Shown: one piece after another, positions 6,899-12,134 of the stretch
Numbering within the stretch: the stretch's first letter is position 1
How the letters are laid out: every line of letters starts with the position of its first letter
Assembly (NCBI GenBank): GCA_048884785.1
Contig: JBHLQM010000038.1
Coordinates: 21,037-33,170 of the forward strand
Length of the DNA stretch: 12,134 nt
Origin: Candidatus Thorarchaeota archaeon
GTDB lineage: Archaea; Asgardarchaeota; Thorarchaeia; Thorarchaeales; Thorarchaeaceae
Direction of reading: 5' to 3'
Notes under the pieces: model-generated
Seen by the model: the letters and a program-made list of their open reading frames with translations, nothing else
Told to the model about the DNA's origin: nothing
The model's database searches: none
Program-made: the position numbers and the translations under genes

Positions 6899-7852
6899 TC
6901 AAATGAATTCGATATTCTTTGTAGCGTTCTCAACATATCTCCTCTTTTCGCCATACTGTCTTGATGACTTTATCAGAAATAATCCCACAATGAAGAGCAA
7001 TGGAAACGGAAGAAACATCATGAAGAAGAGAAAAAGAAACATTGAAAACGCTAATCCTGACACAAGACTAACTATCCCTATTAGAATGGTTGTGGTTTCT
7101 TTTGCCAAGCCCCTTGTGTACATCCAGACTTTATAGGCAAAAACAAAACCCGGGATATAGATAATTGAAAAAAATATTAGAAACCCTACGGGATATATTA
7201 GAAACCAGAACTCGAAGTCTAAGCCATAAGACAAATAGAACATCCAAGTTGGTGCGTGTAAGGAAAAGGTTGACCAAGAAAATGCGATGTTTTGAGGAGA
7301 AAACAGAGCTAGATAGAGCATAATCAGTCCTGTTCGACTTGATTCGTTGCTAGTGCGTACTTGAGATTTCGATTCTTGGTACCAAATATCAGCTCTTTCA
7401 TACTCTTTACGCTCAAGTTCCCATCTAACATAAGGAATCAAAACAAAGGCCATGAAAACTGGATAAGTCACTGAAATGCCAGTATAAACGGCCATAGTGA
7501 GTATTCCAAAAGCTGGAAAAAACACTATTGCAGCAATGTGGAGAAAGAATATCAACAAGGATGCTACGATTGCCTTATCAGATAGTGGAGTATAATGTGG
7601 TGTCTGATCCTTGAAATACAGGAATACAAAGCAAGGAAGACTTGTCAAAACAAAAAGAATGACTAGGGGAAGGGATGGCACCACAATTAAACCGGAATGT
7701 GGTTCGTAGTTAGAGAACGACCAGAGAATTGATTCTAACCCCCTGACCCCTGATTCAGGAGAAATGTCAAGGAAGAAGCTGTATGGAATTATCATCAGTG
7801 CGATATACAGAAGTATTCTCTTAATCCACCGCCTTATTACTCCATCCTCCAC
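6899..7852 (-). CDS. Hypothetical polytopic membrane protein with internal two-fold repeat
   Basis: About 7-8 hydrophobic segments in two blocks separated by a hydrophilic linker (ELERKEYERAD...SSRTG). Start codon uncertain: the GTG overlaps the upstream gene by 32 nt. Confidence 0.75.
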   Translation of the reverse strand: MEDGVIRRWIKRILLYIALMIIPYSFFLDISPESGVRGLESILWSFSNYEPHSGLIVVPSLPLVILFVLTSLPCFVFLYFKDQTPHYTPLSDKAIVASLLIFFLHIAAIVFFPAFGILTMAVYTGISVTYPVFMAFVLIPYVRWELERKEYERADIWYQESKSQVRTSNESSRTGLIMLYLALFSPQNIAFSWSTFSLHAPTWMFYLSYGLDFEFWFLIYPVGFLIFFSIIYIPGFVFAYKVWMYTRGLAKETTTILIGIVSLVSGLAFSMFLFLFFMMFLPFPLLFIVGLFLIKSSRQYGEKRRYVENATKNIEFI

Positions 7853-9551
7853 AGGTTTTCCCTCTTTCTCGAATAGTCATCATTCTGATTCTCCTTTTGA
7901 GCAGGATAGAGATTGTTATGACTGATACTCCCACTAGAGCACAGATAATGACTATATGTATTTGAAAAGGCGTGACACTACCGTTTGGGAGAATACTTGG
8001 ATAGTGGTCTATGCTAGTCCATTCAATCTCATATACTCCTATTCCATAGTAATCGCTCCAACTGTTCCCAACGCTTGAACCGTCATCCCAAGAGTTAAAG
8101 CGGCCATAATCAATGGCGTTTGAATACCCATTCCAACCTATGCTATTGTTGTAGATTCGATTGTATGCAGCAAACCCTTCGTAATATCCATACCATGGAT
8201 ATTCAATAAGAACACCTGTGGAATTGTTATACGTGATCGTGTTATTGTATACGAAGCAGTGTGACCCAAAGATATTGATCCCAACATAGTTTCGTGTTAT
8301 AGTGTTACCAATTGAAGTCGAATTATCAGAAAGGTAGAGCCCTGTCCAAAGGTTCCCTCTGATAATAGAACGAATTACAGTTTCGCTGCTGGAATTATAA
8401 GTGGGATTTATGCCATTGTGCAGATTATCTTCAATGACACAATCCACAGCTGTGAAGAATGGAGAGAATGCTAGAGATACTCCGTTGCCCGAGCAACTAA
8501 CGACATGGCACGCTCGAAGAGTAATACCGGTGGAGTCCTCAGCATAGACTCCGTTGTAATGACAATGGGTTATGAAGCAATTTTCAAGGGTGATATTAGT
8601 TGAGTCCTGAATATGTACTCCGCCCCAATAGCACTCAGAAACATTGGAGCTTTCAACTGTACAATTGTTACTATGTATAATTTGAATGCCTGTGGAGCAG
8701 TTCTGAAAATCCCCACCACTGATGAGTGTGTCATTGCAGCTCAGAAGGATAGCCTGACCGTACTGAGCAAGGTTCACTTCCGCACTTGATAGGCTTTGAA
8801 AGAAACCAATATCCTTTCCATTTACGAGGTTATTTGTGATATTGTATGGCAGCCTCACAAGCTCTTGGTATGAATAGAAGAGGCTTTGCGGGTAATTCCA
8901 GAACTGCATCTCTAGTCCGCAGTCCGTGAATTCGTTCCCGATAACTGTGACATAAGCTGAAGAATCCAAAATAAGGCCAAGATTATCATTGATGAAGTGA
9001 TTATCCGAAATGATTGTGTTGTTGCATATCTCTAGAGTCAGACCAGTATCACTAGATAGGAATTCGTTCTCACTAACTATGGAATCCCTACAATCACCCA
9101 TCCACAGGGCTTCGGGGAGCTCGGAGCTACTGAACACGTTTTCATTAACAATTACGTTCTCTGAGCTAAGAATATATAACGCAGCAGTTGATGCAAAGCT
9201 ACATTCTTCTATAACCCCATTTGATATCCACTCACAAGCGAGATTTTCAAACGATATGTTGCAGTATCTGATGACGAAGTACGCTGAAGTATTGTGAATG
9301 TATAGACCAAGGTCGATATCCTGATTCTCCAATAGATATGGACTAAATATTGAGCCATTTCCTGAGAAGCCGTACAGCGTGAAGTCGCTATTGTCGCTGA
9401 TTTCAATAGGTGTATCATATCCGTTCCTGTGAACGGATGCTGTTGTCGCCAAAGCGGGCAACTCGAAATAATAAGCCATGGAAGGCAATCCTGGTTGTGC
9501 AAGTCCCAGTAGAACCATGTTCACGAGAAGGAATACGAAAAATCGCTTCAA
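7821..9551 (-). CDS. Secreted right-handed parallel beta-helix (NosD/pectin-lyase-like) surface protein with C-terminal TM anchor
   Basis: Signal peptide MKRFFVFLLVNMVLLGLA; N-cap PIEISDNSDF..GFSGNGS..PYLLEN; about 22-23-aa Asn/Cys-rich repeats; C-cap WDDGSSVGNSWSDY...DHYP; TM followed by KRRIR; many N-glycosylation sequons. TTG start. Confidence 0.88.
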   Translation of the reverse strand: MKRFFVFLLVNMVLLGLAQPGLPSMAYYFELPALATTASVHRNGYDTPIEISDNSDFTLYGFSGNGSIFSPYLLENQDIDLGLYIHNTSAYFVIRYCNISFENLACEWISNGVIEECSFASTAALYILSSENVIVNENVFSSSELPEALWMGDCRDSIVSENEFLSSDTGLTLEICNNTIISDNHFINDNLGLILDSSAYVTVIGNEFTDCGLEMQFWNYPQSLFYSYQELVRLPYNITNNLVNGKDIGFFQSLSSAEVNLAQYGQAILLSCNDTLISGGDFQNCSTGIQIIHSNNCTVESSNVSECYWGGVHIQDSTNITLENCFITHCHYNGVYAEDSTGITLRACHVVSCSGNGVSLAFSPFFTAVDCVIEDNLHNGINPTYNSSSETVIRSIIRGNLWTGLYLSDNSTSIGNTITRNYVGINIFGSHCFVYNNTITYNNSTGVLIEYPWYGYYEGFAAYNRIYNNSIGWNGYSNAIDYGRFNSWDDGSSVGNSWSDYYGIGVYEIEWTSIDHYPSILPNGSVTPFQIHIVIICALVGVSVITISILLKRRIRMMTIRERGKTCGGWSNKAVD

Positions 9552-9758
9552 CTGGAAATGCCCCTCTTCTCACACCTGATTAGTAATCCTGCTCCTCTTC
9601 TTTTATCCTTTGAGTATGAATTGTGCACCAGAAGGAGCTAGGACTAGTCGGATGAAATTTGAGTGACTCCAAATTATCGAGCCTACAATAATTGTTCTAC
9701 CATAGAATGGGATTTATCTGTGAGAATCTAGTCAATGACTGGCATATTGGTGAGTTCA

Positions 9759-10733
9759 ATGATAAGAACAAGAGTAACAGAGATGTTGGGATGCAAGTAT
9801 CCGATTATAGCAGGTACTATGGCTAGGATTTCTAATCCTGAGTTTACTGCAGCAGCCAGTAATGCTGGTGCCTGTGCTGTTTTAGCAAGTGCGAACTTCA
9901 AATCACCTGATGAGCTACGTGACGCAATCAAGAAGACGCGGTCACTCACAAATCAACCATTTGCAGTAAATATCAATCTGTTCCCTGCCTTGATGCCTCA
10001 AGATAAGTTGGAGGATTATGTTGATGCCACACTGGCCGAGGGTGTGAAGATCATTGAGACCAGTGGCCACAAGGCTCCAGAGGCGTTGATCCCCAAATTC
10101 AAGAAGGGAGGCGTTATCTGGATTCACAAGTGTGCTGGAGTAAGATATGCGATAAAGGGAGCGTCCTTGGGGGCTGACATCATAACGGTCGTCGGTTATG
10201 AGAATGGTGGAGCTACTGGAATCTTAGATATTGGAACGATGGTGATGACACCATCTGTAGTTGATGCGGTGAATGTCCCTGTGATTGCAGGAGGTGGCAT
10301 ATCAGATGGTAGAGGTATCGCCGCAGCCTTGGCATTGGGTGCCGAAGGAGTAATTATAGGCACACGAATGATGGCTACGAAGGAGTGCCCCATTCATGAC
10401 AACCTTAAACAAGCATTCATTCAGGCTGCAGAAACTGACACAGTTCTAGCTTTACGATCGGTTGGAAATACACATAGAATATGGAACAATAAGGCTGCAC
10501 AGCACCTGCTCGAACTGGAGGGACAAAAAGCACCTCTATTTCAGCTCATTCAAGCTGCCTCTGGAGAAAAGGCTCAGGAGATGTATAGGAACGGAGATAT
10601 TGACATTGGGGTTGTAAGCTGTGGACAAGGTGTAGGCTTGATTAAAGATATTCCCACTGTCAAGGAGTTGTTGGACCGGATAATGACTGATGCAGAAGAA
10701 GTAATCTCACGCCTTAGGGGATTATCCAAGTAG
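9759..10733 (+). CDS. Nitronate monooxygenase / FabK-like FMN TIM-barrel oxidoreductase
   Basis: TRVTEMLGCKYPIIAGTM, TNQPFAVNINL, VPVIAGGGISDGRGIAAALALGAEGVIIGTRMMATKECPIH and CGQGVGLIKDIPTVKELLDRI. Start placed at ATG 9759 because GGTGA lies at 9749-9753; the ORF-track start at 9735 is also possible. Confidence 0.9.
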   Translation: MIRTRVTEMLGCKYPIIAGTMARISNPEFTAAASNAGACAVLASANFKSPDELRDAIKKTRSLTNQPFAVNINLFPALMPQDKLEDYVDATLAEGVKIIETSGHKAPEALIPKFKKGGVIWIHKCAGVRYAIKGASLGADIITVVGYENGGATGILDIGTMVMTPSVVDAVNVPVIAGGGISDGRGIAAALALGAEGVIIGTRMMATKECPIHDNLKQAFIQAAETDTVLALRSVGNTHRIWNNKAAQHLLELEGQKAPLFQLIQAASGEKAQEMYRNGDIDIGVVSCGQGVGLIKDIPTVKELLDRIMTDAEEVISRLRGLSK

Positions 10734-11144
10734 CATGAGGTCAATAGATGCGAAAACCTAAAGAAATGTCATGCGATATTGTATATGTGGTAGAATGGCT
10801 AGAAAACGAAAATTGGAAAGGAAGAGGTTCTTGCTGTTTCTTTACCGTTCCAGCTGGTCCAAATTCCTTAGTATCTGGCAAGGGAGTGAACGCCCTGGGA
10901 TAATGCCATGGATGATTGATGACGGTTATCCACCAAGACCTCTCAGAAAGAAACGCAAGGAACCGAGAATTCTAAGAAAAAACCATTACAGGTAGTTCAA
11001 AGAAGCAGATGCCGGACCAGCTGTGATCAAGATGGCAATTAGATATTCCAAGTATTCACAAGTTCCGGGATAGTTCGCTCTGATTCAAAGCATTATTATT
11101 CAGATGCGTCCTATGGATTCGGAATAATCGGAGTGAGATTCTAA

Positions 11145-11981
11145 TTGACAGATAGAGAGAGTGATTACGTGGGTCGGGGTACTGAAGAGGAAGTCATGCG
11201 ACTAGAACTTCAGGCGGCTGCGCTCAGTGATATCATCGATCAGGAAATAGATGCGTTGGATATACGGTCAGGAATGTCAATTCTGGATGCTGGATGTGGA
11301 TCCGGTGCTATTACTCGCAGGTTTGCCCGTAAAGCGCATCCAGCAAAGGTTGCGGGTGTTGACTTTGATGAGATATTTCTTGAATACGCCAAGTCCATTG
11401 CTGAAGATGAAGGTATAAACAATGTAACATATGAATTGGGAGATATAGACAACCTCGCATATCCAGATGATTCCTTTGACTTGACCTATTGCAGGCTGGT
11501 TTTGATGCATGTCAAAGATCCCGTGAAGACTGTAAAAGAACTCAAGAGACTGACTCGGAAGGGGGGCGTTGTTGCTATATCTGACCAAGATGATGATGCT
11601 GTAATTCTATATCCATATCTTCCCAAAATGATGGACTTGTGGAGAAGGTATGGACAGTGGGCGAAGAAGATGAATATGGATCGGCATATCGGAAAAAAAC
11701 TATTCTCAATCCTCTCTCAGGCGGGACTTAAAGAAATCAAGATATTTCTCTTCTCTATTTATGAAACTCAGGAAACTCCAGAAAAACTGAAGATGTTTGT
11801 ATCAGTTCCAGTACAAATAGTGAAAATGAGTAAAGAAGATTTGCTGACGGATGGAGTATTCACTGAAGCCGAGTATTATAGTGCCTTGCAAGAAGTTGAA
11901 TCATTTGAGAACCATCCAGGCGCCTTTGTCATGAGCACATTCTTTCTTGGAGTTGGGTATGTTCCACAAGAAGAAGAATGA
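11145..11981 (+). CDS. Class I SAM-dependent methyltransferase
   Basis: Motif I ILDAGCGSG, post-I VAGVDFD, motif II FDLTYCRLVLMHV and motif III LTRKGGVVAI. N-terminal 'YVGRGTEEEVMRLELQA'. TTG start. Confidence 0.9.
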   Translation: MTDRESDYVGRGTEEEVMRLELQAAALSDIIDQEIDALDIRSGMSILDAGCGSGAITRRFARKAHPAKVAGVDFDEIFLEYAKSIAEDEGINNVTYELGDIDNLAYPDDSFDLTYCRLVLMHVKDPVKTVKELKRLTRKGGVVAISDQDDDAVILYPYLPKMMDLWRRYGQWAKKMNMDRHIGKKLFSILSQAGLKEIKIFLFSIYETQETPEKLKMFVSVPVQIVKMSKEDLLTDGVFTEAEYYSALQEVESFENHPGAFVMSTFFLGVGYVPQEEE

Positions 11982-11988
11982 GGTGAAA

Positions 11989-12014
11989 TGGCGGGCCAGA
12001 CGGGATTTGAACCC
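11989..12014 (-). pseudogene. Isolated 3' fragment of a tRNA gene (part of the T-arm, 3' acceptor strand, G73, CCA); att-site-like
   Basis: The reverse complement reads GGG-TTCAAAT-CCCGT-CTGGCCC-G-CCA. The sequence 5' of it (..TAGTTT) neither completes the T-stem nor supplies D or anticodon arms or a 5' acceptor strand. Confidence 0.8.
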
Positions 12015-12061
12015 AAACTATTTCAGAGTGTTAGAGGAAGTTAGGATTCTTGGAGCCAGAG

Positions 12062-12134
12062 ATGATGGATAAATGGAAGTACTTTGATATCACACATAAG
12101 CATCATTTGATATGCAATGTTCTAAACGAAGAGA
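12062..12134 (+). CDS. N-terminus of probable SAM-dependent methyltransferase (YjhP-like), partial
   Basis: MMDKWKYFDITHKHHLICNVLNEE runs off the window. It resembles the 'F.I.h..H.icNP..eek' N-terminus of YjhP-like methyltransferases. GGAG lies upstream at 12052-12055. Confidence 0.55.
   Translation, partial: MMDKWKYFDITHKHHLICNVLNEE

Noticed and set aside
10771-11128. 74-aa basic ORF and possible amber (pyrrolysine) read-through at two TAG codons
   Set aside because: No recognisable domain, no clear RBS and no pyl genes in the window. Not supportable as a CDS.
3137-11588. Other short ORFs nested in or antisense to the Lrp, DinB, M29, membrane, beta-helix, NMO and methyltransferase genes
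   Set aside because: They overlap confidently assigned CDSs and have no independent support.
11988-12044. Short ORF MAGQTGFEPKLFQSVRGS as an SSV-type split-integrase fragment
   Set aside because: GFEP is simply the antisense reading of a tRNA T-arm. The ORF stops after 18 codons and shows no integrase motifs.
11989-12065. Complete or split tRNA gene
   Set aside because: No 5' acceptor strand, D arm, anticodon arm or evident bulge-helix-bulge leader; only a 3' fragment is present.
1-12134. CRISPR array, IS element or rRNA
   Set aside because: No regularly spaced repeats, transposase ORF or rRNA-like sequence seen.

Overview
Gene-dense window with GGTGA/GAGGTG-type ribosome-binding sites and TTG/GTG starts. 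The gene repertoire (tandem Lrp regulator, NosD-type beta-helix surface protein, duplicated membrane protein) suggests an archaeon, most likely Asgard/Ca. Thorarchaeota-like; this taxonomy is inference. Left to right: the 3' end of a probable GT4 glycosyltransferase; a minus-strand cluster (two small paralogous 2-TM proteins, one missed by the ORF track; an exported linalool dehydratase/isomerase (LinD/Ldi)-like enzyme with intact catalytic motifs; an ECF S-component-like membrane protein) divergent from a double-domain Lrp/AsnC regulator; a DinB/ClbS-like protein; an M29 aminopeptidase; a tandem GNAT; a polytopic membrane protein and a beta-helix surface protein; an NMO/FabK-like flavoprotein; a SAM methyltransferase; an isolated tRNA 3'-end fragment (att-like scar); and the start of a second methyltransferase. 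The best candidate for an undescribed system is the Lrp-linked LinD-like / S-component / antiparallel small membrane pair module (177-4099), a possible archaeal cell-surface isoprenoid-alcohol conversion and uptake system.
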